64,000 nucleotides of DNA from Ilumatobacteraceae bacterium. Its GTDB lineage: Bacteria > Actinomycetota > Acidimicrobiia > Acidimicrobiales > Ilumatobacteraceae. This document shows positions 9,351 through 22,751 of this stretch, one piece after another (the first letter of the stretch is position 1; every line of letters begins with the position of its first letter). The notes under the pieces were generated by a model. The model searched no databases and had not been told where the DNA came from. It saw only the letters and a program-made list of their open reading frames with translations. Both the position numbers and the translations under genes were made by a program. The stretch is from the NCBI GenBank assembly GCA_016463775.1, contig JAEMQQ010000001.1:8070-72069 (forward strand), given 5' to 3'.

Positions 9351-10358
9351 TCAGGAAAGAGTTCGGCCGATGTGCACCGTAATATCCGCCAGGCGGCTCG
9401 AGTAACCCCATTCGTTGTCGTACCAACCGAGAACTTTTACGAGTGAACCCATGCTCATCGTCAAGTCGGCGTCATAGATGCAACTATGCGGGTTGCCGAC
9501 GATGTCGCTCGACACGATGGGGTCCGTGCAGTACTGCAGCACCCCCTGCAACCGCCCGTTCGCCGCCGACTTGAACGCTGCGTTGATCTCGTCGACCGAT
9601 GCAGGTTGTTTCAGGTTGGCAACGAAATCAGTAATCGAACCAGTCGGTAGCGGCACGCGCAATGCCGTGCCGTCGAGTTTGCCCTTCATCGCCTCCATCA
9701 CGAGGCTCGTGGCGCGCGCTGCACCCGTGGAAGTCGGTGTGATGTTGATTGCCGCCCCACGGGCGCGCCGCAGGTCTTTGTGCGGCCCATCAACCAACAT
9801 CTGGTCGCCGGTGTACGAGTGCACGGTCGTCATCATTCCGTTGACGACACCGAAAGCATCATCGAGCACCTTGACCAGCGGGACGAAACAGTTGGTCGTG
9901 CAACTGGCATTCGACACGACCTGGTGTTTCTTAGGGTCGAAATCGGTGTGGTTGACACCGTAAACGAAAGTGGCATCGGCGCCGGTGGCCGGCGCAGAAA
10001 TGATGACCACCCGCGCTCCGGCCTCGAGGTGCGCCGCAGCTTTGTCACGCTCCGTAAAAAAGCCGGTCGATTCGATGACGACATCCACACCCAGCGCCTT
10101 CCAGGGCAGGTTCTTCGGGTCTCGCTCGGAGAGCACCCGCAGGGTTTTACCATTGACGACAATGCCGTCATCCGATGCCGAAATCGTGTCGGGGAGCACG
10201 CCCATGATCGAGTCGTACTTCAACAAATGGGCCATCGTCTGTTTGTCACCGAGGTCGTTGACCGCAACGATCTCGATATCAACGTTGTTCTTGCGAATGG
10301 CGCGCCAGAAGCTGCGCCCGATACGACCGAAGCCGTTGATACCCACCCGTACGGTCAT
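9351..10358 (-). CDS. gap: type I glyceraldehyde-3-phosphate dehydrogenase
   Basis: Motifs GINGFGRIGR, active site SNASCTTNC, WYDNEWGYS. Confidence 0.95.
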   Translation of the reverse strand: MTVRVGINGFGRIGRSFWRAIRKNNVDIEIVAVNDLGDKQTMAHLLKYDSIMGVLPDTISASDDGIVVNGKTLRVLSERDPKNLPWKALGVDVVIESTGFFTERDKAAAHLEAGARVVIISAPATGADATFVYGVNHTDFDPKKHQVVSNASCTTNCFVPLVKVLDDAFGVVNGMMTTVHSYTGDQMLVDGPHKDLRRARGAAINITPTSTGAARATSLVMEAMKGKLDGTALRVPLPTGSITDFVANLKQPASVDEINAAFKSAANGRLQGVLQYCTDPIVSSDIVGNPHSCIYDADLTMSMGSLVKVLGWYDNEWGYSSRLADITVHIGRTLS

Positions 10359-10368
10359 GCCCGTGAGC

Positions 10369-11226
10369 CTAGTTTTTTTCGATGTCGCGATGCGCCACGC
10401 GGGCCTCGACCCCGCGATTGGCCAACCGCGAACTCAACGCCTCGGCAATCGCCACCGAACGATGGCGGCCACCCGTGCACCCGACCGCGATGGTGAGGTA
10501 ACTCCTGCCCTCGCTGCGATACGCCGGGATCAGCGACTCGAATAAACCCTCGATTCGATCCAGAAAATCCTGGGTGGCCCGCTGTTCGAGCACGAACTTG
10601 CGGACGGGTTCGTCGAGCCCCGAGAGCGGTCGCAACGCCTCGTCATAGTGCGGGTTCGGGATGAATCGCACGTCGAACACCGTGTCGACGTCGAGCGGCA
10701 AGCCGTGCTTGAAACCGAACGACACCACCGAAACCTGCAGCGTGTCGGCGAGATCTTCGAACGAAAAGAGTTCGGTCATCTGGGTCTTGAACTGGGCAAT
10801 CTGCAGCGTGCTCGTATCGATCACCTTGTCGGCTACTTCACGAACTTGTTCCAGCAGGTCACGCTCATGCTCGATGGCCTCCGAGACCGTGCCGGTTTCG
10901 GTGCGCAGCGGGTGTTTCCGGCGTGATTCGGTGTACCGCTTGACCAACGCCGGCGTCGAGGCTTCGAGGAACAAGATCCGCACGTGGTGACCTGCGCTGC
11001 GCAACCGTGGCACCGACTTGACGGCGTCGGTCTGTTGCGACGCCACCCCGATGACCAACGCCAGACGTGACGACTTGTCGACCGAAACGCCGGCGAGTTC
11101 GACGAACTTGTCAACCAATTCAACGGGCATGTTGTCGACGACGAACCAGCCGAGGTCTTCGAGGGTGTCAGCTGCCTGCGAGCGCCCGGCCCCGGACAAG
11201 CCGGTGATGAGCAGAAGTTCTGCCAC
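10369..11226 (-). CDS. rapZ: RNase adapter / P-loop NTPase RapZ (YvcJ family)
   Basis: N-terminal P-loop ITGLSGAGRS, DNMP motif, C-terminal GCTGGRHRSV. The position directly after uvrC matches other Gram-positives. Confidence 0.88.
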   Translation of the reverse strand: MAELLLITGLSGAGRSQAADTLEDLGWFVVDNMPVELVDKFVELAGVSVDKSSRLALVIGVASQQTDAVKSVPRLRSAGHHVRILFLEASTPALVKRYTESRRKHPLRTETGTVSEAIEHERDLLEQVREVADKVIDTSTLQIAQFKTQMTELFSFEDLADTLQVSVVSFGFKHGLPLDVDTVFDVRFIPNPHYDEALRPLSGLDEPVRKFVLEQRATQDFLDRIEGLFESLIPAYRSEGRSYLTIAVGCTGGRHRSVAIAEALSSRLANRGVEARVAHRDIEKN

Positions 11227-11235
11227 GGTGTGAGG

Positions 11236-13104
11236 CTACTGAGGCGGGTGAAAGCGCTGATGTACGGCGTCGGCAACCTTGGCCGGCAGCCACGACAACT
11301 CCCCCAGACGTTCGCGTGACACGTGCTTGATGGCGGCGATGCCGCCCAGTTCTTTGACCAGTCTTTCCCTGCGCTGCGATCCGAGACCGGGCACGCCGTC
11401 CAATTCGCTGGCGCGCATGCGCTTCGCGCGTCGCTCGCGGTGGAAGGTATTGGCAAAACGGTGGGCCTCGTCGCGAATGACCTGCAGCATGTACAGCGCC
11501 TCGCTGCCCCGCGGGATACGCACCGGGTCGCTCTGGTCGGGCACATACACCTCCTCGAAACGTTTGGCGATTGCCGCAACGTTGATCTCATCCTCGAGGC
11601 CGAGTTCACGAACCACATCAATCGCCACATTCAGCTGACCCTTGCCGCCGTCGACCAGCAACAGTTGTGGTGGATACGCAAATCGACCCGGTCGTTCACC
11701 GCGCTCGGCTGCCGGCGCATCACGCTCGGCAACATAGGCAGACAGCCGCCGTGTCAGCACCTCACGCATGGCGGCGTAATCATCGTTGCCCTTCACCTCT
11801 TTCACGTTGAACTTGCGGTACTCGCGCTTTTGTGGCAGGCCGTCCTCCAACACCACCATCGAGCCGACATAGTCGGTGCCGTGCAGGTGGGCCATGTCGA
11901 AACACTCGATGCGCAGCGGTGCCTGTGTCAGTTGCAGATGGTCCTGCAATTCTGAAATTGCCCGACTGCGCGCGTTATGGTCGCTGGCCCGGCGCATCTT
12001 GTGGCGCACGAGGGCATCGCTTGCATTCTTGGCCACCGTCGCCATGAGCTCGCGGCGATCACCCCGCTGCGGAACCCGAATCTCCACCTTGGAACCGCGA
12101 TAACGACTCAACAGTTCCTCACAGACCGCAATGTCCGTCGGGTCGCACGACACCATGACTTCCTTCGGCCAACCGAGTGCCGGCTCCTCGGCGTAGAGGT
12201 CGACGATGACCCGACGCATCAGTTCGGGCAGTGACAATGCCTCTGCTTTGTCGACGACGTATCCGTTGTTGCCGAGCACCCGACCCTTGCGCACATAAAA
12301 GACGTGCACACTGGCCTCGAGTTCTGAGTCGCCGAGGGCGATGACGTCGAAGTCTTCGCCACGCTCACCGACCATGAGTTGACGTTCGAGGGCGCGATCG
12401 ATCGCACCGAGTCGGTCGCGTAGGCGGGCGGCGTCTTCAAACGCCTCATTCTGCGATGCGAGCGCCATCGCCGACTGCAATTCTTCGCGAATGGCGTCGG
12501 TGTCACCACCGAGGAAGCGGATGAGACCCTGCACGTGTTGTTGGTACGTGTCGCGTTCGACCGCCCCCACGCACGGCCCGGAACATTTCTCGATGTGAAA
12601 CAACAGGCATGGTCGGCCGAGTCGTTCGTGCTGGCGAAACTTGGCGGCGGCACACGTGCGGATCGGGAATGACCGCAGCAACGCATCGAGCGTGTCGCGA
12701 ATCGCCCAGGCATGCGCGTACGGACCGAAATATTTTCCACCCTTGCGCTTGCGCCCGCGCGTCACACCGGCGCGGGGCCACTCGTCGTCGAGCGTCACCG
12801 CCAGGAACGGATAACTCTTGTCATCGCGCAATCGCACGTTGAACCGCGGACGATGCTGCTTGATCAGGTTGTATTCAAGGAGCAGCGCCTCTACTTCGCT
12901 GTTGACCTCGATCCACGCAAGATCGGTCGCCGCCGCCACCATCGTCGCGGTGCGGGTATGCAGGGTGGCCGGATCGGCGAAGTAGCTGCCCACCCGTGAA
13001 CGCAGGTTCGTGGCCTTGCCGACATAGATGATGCGGCCGTATTCATCCTTGAATTGATACGACCCCGGCCCGGTCGGGAGCGCCGAGATGTCAGGTCGTA
13101 GCAC
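11236..13104 (-). CDS. uvrC: excinuclease ABC subunit C
   Basis: GIY-YIG N-terminus (GSYQFKDEYGRIIYVGKATNLRSRV), a UVR domain, and a C-terminal endonuclease plus helix-hairpin-helix region (ELDGVPGLG). 622 aa. Confidence 0.95.
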   Translation of the reverse strand: MLRPDISALPTGPGSYQFKDEYGRIIYVGKATNLRSRVGSYFADPATLHTRTATMVAAATDLAWIEVNSEVEALLLEYNLIKQHRPRFNVRLRDDKSYPFLAVTLDDEWPRAGVTRGRKRKGGKYFGPYAHAWAIRDTLDALLRSFPIRTCAAAKFRQHERLGRPCLLFHIEKCSGPCVGAVERDTYQQHVQGLIRFLGGDTDAIREELQSAMALASQNEAFEDAARLRDRLGAIDRALERQLMVGERGEDFDVIALGDSELEASVHVFYVRKGRVLGNNGYVVDKAEALSLPELMRRVIVDLYAEEPALGWPKEVMVSCDPTDIAVCEELLSRYRGSKVEIRVPQRGDRRELMATVAKNASDALVRHKMRRASDHNARSRAISELQDHLQLTQAPLRIECFDMAHLHGTDYVGSMVVLEDGLPQKREYRKFNVKEVKGNDDYAAMREVLTRRLSAYVAERDAPAAERGERPGRFAYPPQLLLVDGGKGQLNVAIDVVRELGLEDEINVAAIAKRFEEVYVPDQSDPVRIPRGSEALYMLQVIRDEAHRFANTFHRERRAKRMRASELDGVPGLGSQRRERLVKELGGIAAIKHVSRERLGELSWLPAKVADAVHQRFHPPQ

Positions 13105-13107
13105 CAG

Positions 13108-15951
13108 CTAACCGCGCAGGGCTTCTGCCAAAAAACGCGCGGTGTGGCTCCCCTTCACCCGTGCCACATCCTCGGGAGTGCCTTCGGCAACGATCAGTCC
13201 CCCACCATCCCCACCTTCCGGACCGAGGTCGATGATCCAGTCGGCGGTTTTGATCACATCGAGGTTGTGCTCGATCACCAGCACGGTGTTGCCTTGGTCG
13301 ACAAGTCGCGCCAACACGATCAACAGACGACGAATGTCCTCGAAGTGCAGACCGGTGGTCGGTTCATCCAACAGGTAGATGGTGTGCCCGGTGCTGCGAC
13401 GGGCGAGCTCACTGGCGAGCTTGACACGCTGGGCCTCGCCGCCTGACAGCGTTGGCGCCGATTGCCCGAGACGCACGTACTCGAGCCCGACGTCCATGAG
13501 GGTCTGCAGATGGCGGGCAATGCGGGGCTGGTTGGAAAAGAAACCAACCGCCTCGCTGATCGGCATGTGGAGGATTTCGGCGATGTTCTTGCCCTTGAAG
13601 CGAATCTCAAGGGTGTCACGGTTGTAGCGCGCACCCTTGCACACCTCGCATGGCACGTATACATCAGGGAGGAACTGCATCTCGATTCGGATGGTGCCGT
13701 CACCGGAACACGCTTCGCATCGACCACCCGAGACGTTGAACGAAAAACGCCCCGGCTGGTACCCGCGCACCTTCGCGTCGGGGGTATTGGCGAACAATTT
13801 GCGAATGTCGTCGAACACACCCGTGTACGTGGCCGGATTCGACCGCGGGGTGCGACCAATCGGCGACTGATCCATGTCGATGACCTTGTCCAACTTTTCG
13901 ATGCCCGTCACACTCTTGTGACGACCGGGCGAATCCTTCGTCTTGTAAATTTTCTGCATCAACGCAGGCAGCAGGATGTCACGGACCAGCGTGCTCTTGC
14001 CACTACCCGACACACCGGTGACGGCGACGAAACAACCCAACGGAATGCGCACGTCGATTTGCTTGAGGTTGTGTTCGCGCGCACCCTTGACGACCAGGGC
14101 ATCCGTGCCGATACTGCGGCGCTTCTTGGGCAGTTCGATTGACCGGCGGCCCGACAGGTATGCCCCGGTGATCGAATTGGCGACTTTCTCGATGCCCTTC
14201 ACCGCACCGCTGTACACGATTTCACCGCCGTGTTCACCGGCACCCGGCCCGATGTCGACGATCCAGTCGCTGGCGCGGATCGTGTCTTCGTCGTGCTCGA
14301 CCACCAACACGGTGTTGCCCAGGTCGCGCAAACGGTGCAGCGTGTCGATCAGGCGATGGTTGTCGCGCTGGTGCAGGCCAATCGACGGTTCGTCAAGCAC
14401 GTACAAGGTGCCGACGAGGCCCGAACCAATTTGGCTCGCCAGTCGAATGCGTTGGGCCTCACCACCAGCAAGGGTGCCCGCCGAACGGGACAAGGCGAGA
14501 TAGTCCAGACCCACGTCGAGCAGGAAGCCCAGCCGGGCGTTGATCTCTTTGGTGATTCGCTCGGCGATGAGTTTTTCCCGCTTGGTGAGGGTGAGGCCGG
14601 CCAGAAATTTTGCCGACTCACCGATAGACATCCCGCAAACCTGCGAGATGGTCAGCGCGTTGACCTTGACGGCAAGCGACTCGGGTTTGAGACGCGCACC
14701 CTTGCAGGTGGAGCAGGGCTTTTCGCGCATGTAACTTTCGTATTGTTCGCGCTGGTTCTCGCTCTCGGCGCTCTCGTGGCGGCGCTTCAACCACGGGATG
14801 ACCCCCTCGAACGCGGTGCTGTACTCGCGCACGCGCCCGTACCGGTTGCGATATTTGACGATGACGTTGTCACCGAGCCCGTACATGACCGTCTTCTGTT
14901 GCTTTGCCGACAACTTGCCGTACGGCTTGTCGGTATCGATGCCCTCTTCCTCGGCGACGGCTTCGAGCATGCGCGTGAAGTACATGGTGTGGGCGCTGCG
15001 CCAGGGTGCGATGGCCCCTGCCGAGATGCTGAGATCAGGATCGGGGATGACCAGTTCGGCGTCGACCTCGTAGGTGGTACCCAATCCGAGACATTTGACG
15101 CAAGCTCCATACGGCGTATTGAAAGAAAAGTTGCGGGGCGCCAATGCCTCGTATGAGGTGCTGCATTTCGGGCAGACGAGTTGCTGGCTGAAATTGAGGA
15201 TCTCGCTTACGGTTTCGCCCTTGCCCATGATCTCGACCGTGGCGACACCGTTGGCGAGGCGCAAGGCCGTTTCCATACTGTCGGTCAGTCGTCGGGTGAT
15301 ACTGCTCTTGCGCACCAAACGATCGACGACCACATCGATGGTGTGCGCCTCGTAACGCGCCAGCTTGGTGCCGCTTTTTTGAAACTCAGCGATCTCCACC
15401 ACCGTGCCGTCGACGCGTGCCCGGGTGAAACCCTGGCTCAACAAGTCGAGGAGCAACGAGTCGTATTCACCTTTGCGACCGCGCACGACGGGCGCCAGCA
15501 CCTGAAACCGGGTGCCCTCCTTCAGTTCCATCACCTGGTCGACGATTTGTTCGGGAGTCTGCTTGGTAAGTTGCGCGTCATCTTCTACGCAGTGCTGGAT
15601 GCCGATGCGGGCATAGAGCAGGCGCAGGTAGTCGTACACCTCGGTGATCGTGCCGACCGTCGAACGGGGGTTGCGTGACGATGATTTTTGGTCGATCGAA
15701 ATAGCCGGTGACAGACCCTCGATGACATCGACGTCGGGTTTGTCCATCTGGCCGAGGAATTGTCGGGCGTATGAGCTGAGGCTTTCGACATAGCGACGCT
15801 GGCCCTCGGCGTAGATCGTGTCGAAGGCAAGGCTGCTCTTGCCGGAGCCTGAAAGCCCGGTCAGCACGATCAATCGGTCACGTGGTAACTCAAGGTTGAT
15901 GTTCTTCAGGTTGTGCTCGCGGGCACCCTTGATGATGATCGAGTCGGCCAC
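13108..15951 (-). CDS. uvrA: excinuclease ABC subunit A
   Basis: 947 aa with two ABC modules ([14 protein letters not shown] and [10 protein letters not shown]; LSGGEAQR twice) and zinc-finger cysteines (CPKC...C, CEACSGDG). Confidence 0.97.
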   Translation of the reverse strand: MADSIIIKGAREHNLKNINLELPRDRLIVLTGLSGSGKSSLAFDTIYAEGQRRYVESLSSYARQFLGQMDKPDVDVIEGLSPAISIDQKSSSRNPRSTVGTITEVYDYLRLLYARIGIQHCVEDDAQLTKQTPEQIVDQVMELKEGTRFQVLAPVVRGRKGEYDSLLLDLLSQGFTRARVDGTVVEIAEFQKSGTKLARYEAHTIDVVVDRLVRKSSITRRLTDSMETALRLANGVATVEIMGKGETVSEILNFSQQLVCPKCSTSYEALAPRNFSFNTPYGACVKCLGLGTTYEVDAELVIPDPDLSISAGAIAPWRSAHTMYFTRMLEAVAEEEGIDTDKPYGKLSAKQQKTVMYGLGDNVIVKYRNRYGRVREYSTAFEGVIPWLKRRHESAESENQREQYESYMREKPCSTCKGARLKPESLAVKVNALTISQVCGMSIGESAKFLAGLTLTKREKLIAERITKEINARLGFLLDVGLDYLALSRSAGTLAGGEAQRIRLASQIGSGLVGTLYVLDEPSIGLHQRDNHRLIDTLHRLRDLGNTVLVVEHDEDTIRASDWIVDIGPGAGEHGGEIVYSGAVKGIEKVANSITGAYLSGRRSIELPKKRRSIGTDALVVKGAREHNLKQIDVRIPLGCFVAVTGVSGSGKSTLVRDILLPALMQKIYKTKDSPGRHKSVTGIEKLDKVIDMDQSPIGRTPRSNPATYTGVFDDIRKLFANTPDAKVRGYQPGRFSFNVSGGRCEACSGDGTIRIEMQFLPDVYVPCEVCKGARYNRDTLEIRFKGKNIAEILHMPISEAVGFFSNQPRIARHLQTLMDVGLEYVRLGQSAPTLSGGEAQRVKLASELARRSTGHTIYLLDEPTTGLHFEDIRRLLIVLARLVDQGNTVLVIEHNLDVIKTADWIIDLGPEGGDGGGLIVAEGTPEDVARVKGSHTARFLAEALRG

Positions 15952-15960
15952 GGCGCAACG

Positions 15961-18006
<2,046 letters not shown>

Positions 18007-18015
18007 TCGGCGAGC

Positions 18016-18654
18016 CTACGACTCGGGTGCGCCAGCCACCCGACCCGCGTCGGCTTGCGCCGGTGGCAGGCAGCACATCCAGGCCCACGCTGCCCCCACG
18101 TGTCGTGCGAGATCGAGTCGAGACCCGGAGTTGTCGATGATCCAATCGGCCGCCGATCGCCGTGTGCTGCGTGAGGCCTGTCGTGCGATTCTCGCCCGTG
18201 CATCGTCGATCGTAAAACCGCGCTGGGCCACCAGTCGTTCCACTGCAATCTCGGGGTCAAGGTCGACCACCAATACTCCGCTCAGTCCGGTGCGGGGGTT
18301 TTCGACCAGCAGCGGTACATCAAGAATCACCACCTTGCTGGTGTTGCGATGTTCGTTGATTCGCCGCATCATCTCGTGACCAACGGCCGGGTGAACGATG
18401 CGGTTGAGGTCGGCGAGTGCCGACGCATCACCGAACACGATGCTGGCCACGACACCCCGATCGAGATGTCCGCTGGCAGCCAGCACCCGGGCGCCGAATC
18501 TTTCGACAATCTGGGCGAACACTTTTTGCCCAGGCAGTTGCAGGTCACGAACGATGGCGTCAGCGTCAACGACCACGGCGCCGTGCGCCGCGAGTTGTGA
18601 CGACACGAGCGATTTGCCCGAACCAATACCACCCGTGAGACCTACGAGAATCAT
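18016..18654 (-). CDS. coaE: dephospho-CoA kinase
   Basis: N-terminal MILVGLTGGIGSGKS P-loop. Short single-domain form (212 aa). Conserved rpsA-coaE adjacency. Confidence 0.88.
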   Translation of the reverse strand: MILVGLTGGIGSGKSLVSSQLAAHGAVVVDADAIVRDLQLPGQKVFAQIVERFGARVLAASGHLDRGVVASIVFGDASALADLNRIVHPAVGHEMMRRINEHRNTSKVVILDVPLLVENPRTGLSGVLVVDLDPEIAVERLVAQRGFTIDDARARIARQASRSTRRSAADWIIDNSGSRLDLARHVGAAWAWMCCLPPAQADAGRVAGAPES

Positions 18655-18691
18655 CGAGGCATCTCGCGCAGACCGGTCGCGGCTACTTTAT

Positions 18692-19999
18692 TTAGGTGTT
18701 CGGCGGGCTTTCGGCCTGGAACAACTCGCCCCATGCCGCTTCCCGAGTTGCATCATCGGTGCCCACCCAGTTGCCTTGTTCGTCGGCCTTGAACTGATCG
18801 CGGTACTCGGGTGCGAGTTCGCCACCCTCGGCGGCTTGCTTGATCGACACACTGATTCGTCGACGGGCAAGGTCGAGGTCGATGATCTTGACCCACAACT
18901 CTTCGCCGGGCGTGACCACTTGCTCGGGTGCTTCGACGTGATGCGTTGACATCTCCGAGATGTGCACGAGACCTTCGATGCCATCTCCCACCTGCACGAA
19001 CGCACCGAACGGCACGATCTTGGTGACACGTCCGTAGACCAACTGGTTGACGGCGTGCGTTTCGGCAAACGACTGCCAGGGGTCTTGTTGCGTGGCCTTG
19101 AGCGACAGGCTGATTCGTTCGCGGTCGCCATCGATTTCCAGGACCTTGACCTCGACCTCGTCGCCGACCTTGACGATTTCGTTCGGGTCGTCGACGTGCT
19201 TCCACGACAATTCAGAGACGTGGATGAGTCCATCCATGCCACCGAGATCGACGAACACTCCAAAGGCCACGATCGACGAGACGCGACCCTTGCGTACTTC
19301 GCCCACCTTGAGGTTGACGAGGAAGCCGTCACGGCTCTCACGCTGGGTTGCTTCAAGTACGGCGCGACGGGAAAGCACCACGTTGTTGCGCTGGCGGTCG
19401 AGCTCGAGGATTTTTGCCTGGATCTTTTGACCGACGTACGGCGCCAGGTCTTTCACGCGACGCAACTCGACGAGCGATGCCGGCAGGAAGCCGCGCAAGC
19501 CGATGTCGACGATCAAGCCACCCTTGACTTCTTCGATGACGAGGCCTTCAACGGTGCCGTCTTCGTTCTTGACCCGCTCGACATCTCCCCAGGCGCGCTC
19601 GTACTGCGCGCGCTTCTTGGACAGCAGCAGACGACCTTCTTTGTCCTCGAGCGTGAGCACGAGCGCCTCGATCTTTTCGCCGAGCGACACGACGGTGTGC
19701 GGGTCGATATCTTGGCGAATCGCCAACTCGCGACCAAGGATGACACCTTCGGTCTTGTAGCCGATTTCCAGCAACACTTCTTCGCGGGTGATACGCACGA
19801 CGGTGCCGGTCACCAACTTGCCTTCCTTGATTTCGACGAAGGTGTTCGCAAATTCATCGGCGAACGACGCGTCACGCTCGGTGACCTTGCGTGGGATGTA
19901 ATTGCCGCTTTGGTCAAATGTGCCCATTGCTGCGGCTGGACTCAGAGTTGTATCAGTCATTGGTTGCCTTCGGTGGATGGAAGAGTAGGGATAGGACAT
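18692..19999 (-). CDS. rpsA: 30S ribosomal protein S1
   Basis: Four S1/OB repeats (G.V..V..FGAFV.L.G..GL.H.SE pattern). The true start may be the internal Met14 or Met25. Confidence 0.93.
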   Translation of the reverse strand: MSYPYSSIHRRQPMTDTTLSPAAAMGTFDQSGNYIPRKVTERDASFADEFANTFVEIKEGKLVTGTVVRITREEVLLEIGYKTEGVILGRELAIRQDIDPHTVVSLGEKIEALVLTLEDKEGRLLLSKKRAQYERAWGDVERVKNEDGTVEGLVIEEVKGGLIVDIGLRGFLPASLVELRRVKDLAPYVGQKIQAKILELDRQRNNVVLSRRAVLEATQRESRDGFLVNLKVGEVRKGRVSSIVAFGVFVDLGGMDGLIHVSELSWKHVDDPNEIVKVGDEVEVKVLEIDGDRERISLSLKATQQDPWQSFAETHAVNQLVYGRVTKIVPFGAFVQVGDGIEGLVHISEMSTHHVEAPEQVVTPGEELWVKIIDLDLARRRISVSIKQAAEGGELAPEYRDQFKADEQGNWVGTDDATREAAWGELFQAESPPNT

Positions 20000-20021
20000 T
20001 TCCCGTCTCGCGACGGACGGG

Positions 20022-22751
20022 TCAGGCTACCTTCGCCGCTGCCCAACTGGCCCCCCACGAGGCATTCACCACGAGCGGTACATCAAGTTGGGCAGCATCG
20101 TGCATGGCGGTAAGCACCAACTCCCCCACCCGGTCGCGTTCCGCCGTTGCGACTTCAACGATGACCTCGTCGTGGACCTGCAACACGAGCCGGCTCGTGA
20201 ACCCGCCCTGTTCGAGCTGGTGGTCGATGGCCACCAGCGCCATCTTGAAAATGTCGGCCGCCAAGCCCTGGATACCTGCGTTCATCGCCATCCGGGTGGC
20301 CCCGGCCTCGACCTGGCGAATCGGGCTGTGGATGCCCTCGATGTTTCGACGGCGGCCGAACAACGTGGTGGTGTAGCCATCCCGTTTGGCGGTGGCAACC
20401 GCTTCGTCCATATATCTCTTCACCTGCGGGAAGGCCGCGAAGTAGGCGTTCAGGATCTCCCTTGCTGCACCGACGTCGATGGCCAAACGTTGACTGAGCC
20501 CGTAGGCCTCCATGCCGTAGGCGAGGCCATAGGCCACCATCTTCGCCGTGCCGCGTTGCTCACTCGTCACCGCTGCAACGTCGATCCCAAACACCTGGGC
20601 CGCCGTCACGCGATGGACATCGACGCCGTCTTTGAACGCCTGCAGCAGACCTGGGTCCTTCGAGAGGTGGGCGATGCAGCGCAATTCGATCTGGTTGTAA
20701 TCCGCCACGAGAAATTCGTTGCGTGGTCGCGGCACGAACACCTCACGAAACACCCGACCCGATTCGTTGCGCACGGGGATGTTGTGCAGGTTCGGTTGGT
20801 CGCTCGACAACCGACCGGTGCGGGCCACCGTCTGGTTGAAACTTGCGTGAATTCGCTGGTCGGGGGCGATGGTGGCAAGCAAACCTTGGGCGTAAGTAGA
20901 GCGCAGCTTTTCGACCTCGCGATACTCGAGCAGCGCATCGATGAACTCGGGCCATTCGCCACGAAGTTTTTCGAGTGATGCAGCGTCGGTGCTCGGCGCT
21001 TTCTTGGTCTTGGTTTTCTTGCCACCGGTCAGGCCCCGCTCTTGGAACAACACCGTGGCCAACTGCTTCGTGGAGTTCACGTTGAACTCCTTGCCGGCCA
21101 AACCGTGCAGGGTCGCCACGAGTTTCGTGCTGCGCTGCTGCAGGTCGGTAGCCAAGGTCGTCAGACGTTGGGCGTCAACGGCAATACCGACGTGCTCCAT
21201 CTTGGCCAGCACGCGCACGAGCGGAAGTTCGGTGGCCGCGTACAGCCCCGTGAGTTGCACACTCGCCAACTCGGCCTGCAGCGGCTGGCGGCACAACAGT
21301 GCAACCGCTGCCTCACTGGCCGCCGACTGCACCGACAGGTCGTCGGTGTCGGCAGCGAAGTTCAACTGTCCGGTCGGCGCTGCGCCGTTCACGGCGATTT
21401 CCCGACCGAGCCAGCGCCTGGCGACCGTTGCGACATCGTACGAACCCGAACTTGAGTCGGCGAGGTACGCCGCAATGGCGGTGTCGTACGCCAGTCGGAC
21501 AAGGTCGATGTCAATATCAAGTAGCCCGCGCATGGCATTGCGTGCATCGTGCATCACCACATCGCTGTGACGCAGCAATGCCTCGCGCACCTGTTTGTCG
21601 GCAAGCACTTCGGCGCTGATCGACGCACAGGTGATCGATCCGTTCACTTCGTGGCCGTTCGAGATGAGCAACGCCTGAATGGCGCTGCGCCCAGGCTCGC
21701 CGGCCCATGCGACGGCCAACCCGAGTGGCGCTGCAACAGACAGGAGAGCAACCGCTCGTGGCGCGTCGACCGCATCCACGACCACCGCGATCGGCGCACG
21801 GGCGTCGGGCGTCGTGGTTGGCGCGCCGACATCCGGTGACTCTGATGATGCGGCGGGTACCGAGCGTGTGGTCGTGCCCCCGAACTTGGTGAAGAGCGGC
21901 TTCCAGCGAGTGGCCATCGTCGAGAACTCAAGGCGAGTGAACACGGCGCGCAGTGCCGCTTCATCGGGTTGCGGCACCCAGGCGGCCTGTCGCAGGGTCA
22001 CCGGCACGTCCTTGCGCAAAATCATCAGTTGGGCGTTGCGCAACACGCGCTCTCGTGATTCGTGCAGGGCGGCAGACAATTTGGGTGTTTGCTCATCGGC
22101 ATGATCGAACACCGCAGCGATCGTTTCGTACTTGTTGATCAATTTTGCGGCGGTCTTTTCACCGACACCAGGCACCCCATCGAGATTGTCGCTGGGGTCG
22201 CCGCGCAGCGCGGCATACTCGGCGTATTGTGCCGGGGTCACACCCGTGCGTTCTTTGATGCCTGCTTCGTCGTAGAGGGCATAGTCCGACACGCCGCGTT
22301 TGTTGTACAACACCCTGATGTTCGGGTCGCTCACCAATTGATAGGCATCGCGGTCTCCCGTGACGATGAGCAATTCATCACCCGGCGCGATCGATGCAGC
22401 AACCGTCGCAATGATGTCATCGCCCTCGAATCCGGCGATATCGAGGGTGGCGACACCCGCCGCCACGAGCAGTTCGTTTTTCACGAAATCCAACTGCTGA
22501 TACAGCGAGTCAGGTTGTTTTTCACGTTGGGCCTTGTATTCGGGTGCGGCCTCGTGGCGGAACGTTTTTTCTTTGCGATCGAACACCACGACGAGCGCGT
22601 CAGGGTCATGATCCTTTACCAACGTGACGAACATCGAGCAAAATCCAAAAATTGCGTTGGTGATTTCGCCACGACTGGTCACCATCGTGTCGGGAAGCGC
22701 AAAGAAGGCTCGGTAGACGAGCGAGTTACCGTCGAGGACCATCACCTTCAT
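20022..22751 (-). CDS. polA: DNA polymerase I
   Basis: 5'-nuclease N-terminus (VLDGNSLVYRAFFAL), polymerase motif A ADYNQIELRCIAHLS, motif C LQVHDEVIVE. 909 aa. Confidence 0.96.
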   Translation of the reverse strand: MKVMVLDGNSLVYRAFFALPDTMVTSRGEITNAIFGFCSMFVTLVKDHDPDALVVVFDRKEKTFRHEAAPEYKAQREKQPDSLYQQLDFVKNELLVAAGVATLDIAGFEGDDIIATVAASIAPGDELLIVTGDRDAYQLVSDPNIRVLYNKRGVSDYALYDEAGIKERTGVTPAQYAEYAALRGDPSDNLDGVPGVGEKTAAKLINKYETIAAVFDHADEQTPKLSAALHESRERVLRNAQLMILRKDVPVTLRQAAWVPQPDEAALRAVFTRLEFSTMATRWKPLFTKFGGTTTRSVPAASSESPDVGAPTTTPDARAPIAVVVDAVDAPRAVALLSVAAPLGLAVAWAGEPGRSAIQALLISNGHEVNGSITCASISAEVLADKQVREALLRHSDVVMHDARNAMRGLLDIDIDLVRLAYDTAIAAYLADSSSGSYDVATVARRWLGREIAVNGAAPTGQLNFAADTDDLSVQSAASEAAVALLCRQPLQAELASVQLTGLYAATELPLVRVLAKMEHVGIAVDAQRLTTLATDLQQRSTKLVATLHGLAGKEFNVNSTKQLATVLFQERGLTGGKKTKTKKAPSTDAASLEKLRGEWPEFIDALLEYREVEKLRSTYAQGLLATIAPDQRIHASFNQTVARTGRLSSDQPNLHNIPVRNESGRVFREVFVPRPRNEFLVADYNQIELRCIAHLSKDPGLLQAFKDGVDVHRVTAAQVFGIDVAAVTSEQRGTAKMVAYGLAYGMEAYGLSQRLAIDVGAAREILNAYFAAFPQVKRYMDEAVATAKRDGYTTTLFGRRRNIEGIHSPIRQVEAGATRMAMNAGIQGLAADIFKMALVAIDHQLEQGGFTSRLVLQVHDEVIVEVATAERDRVGELVLTAMHDAAQLDVPLVVNASWGASWAAAKVA

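Noticed and set aside
18962-20113. 383-aa plus-strand ORF
   Set aside because: Antisense to rpsA and the polA 3' end. The Asp/Phe/Leu repeats simply mirror the S1 repeats on the other strand.
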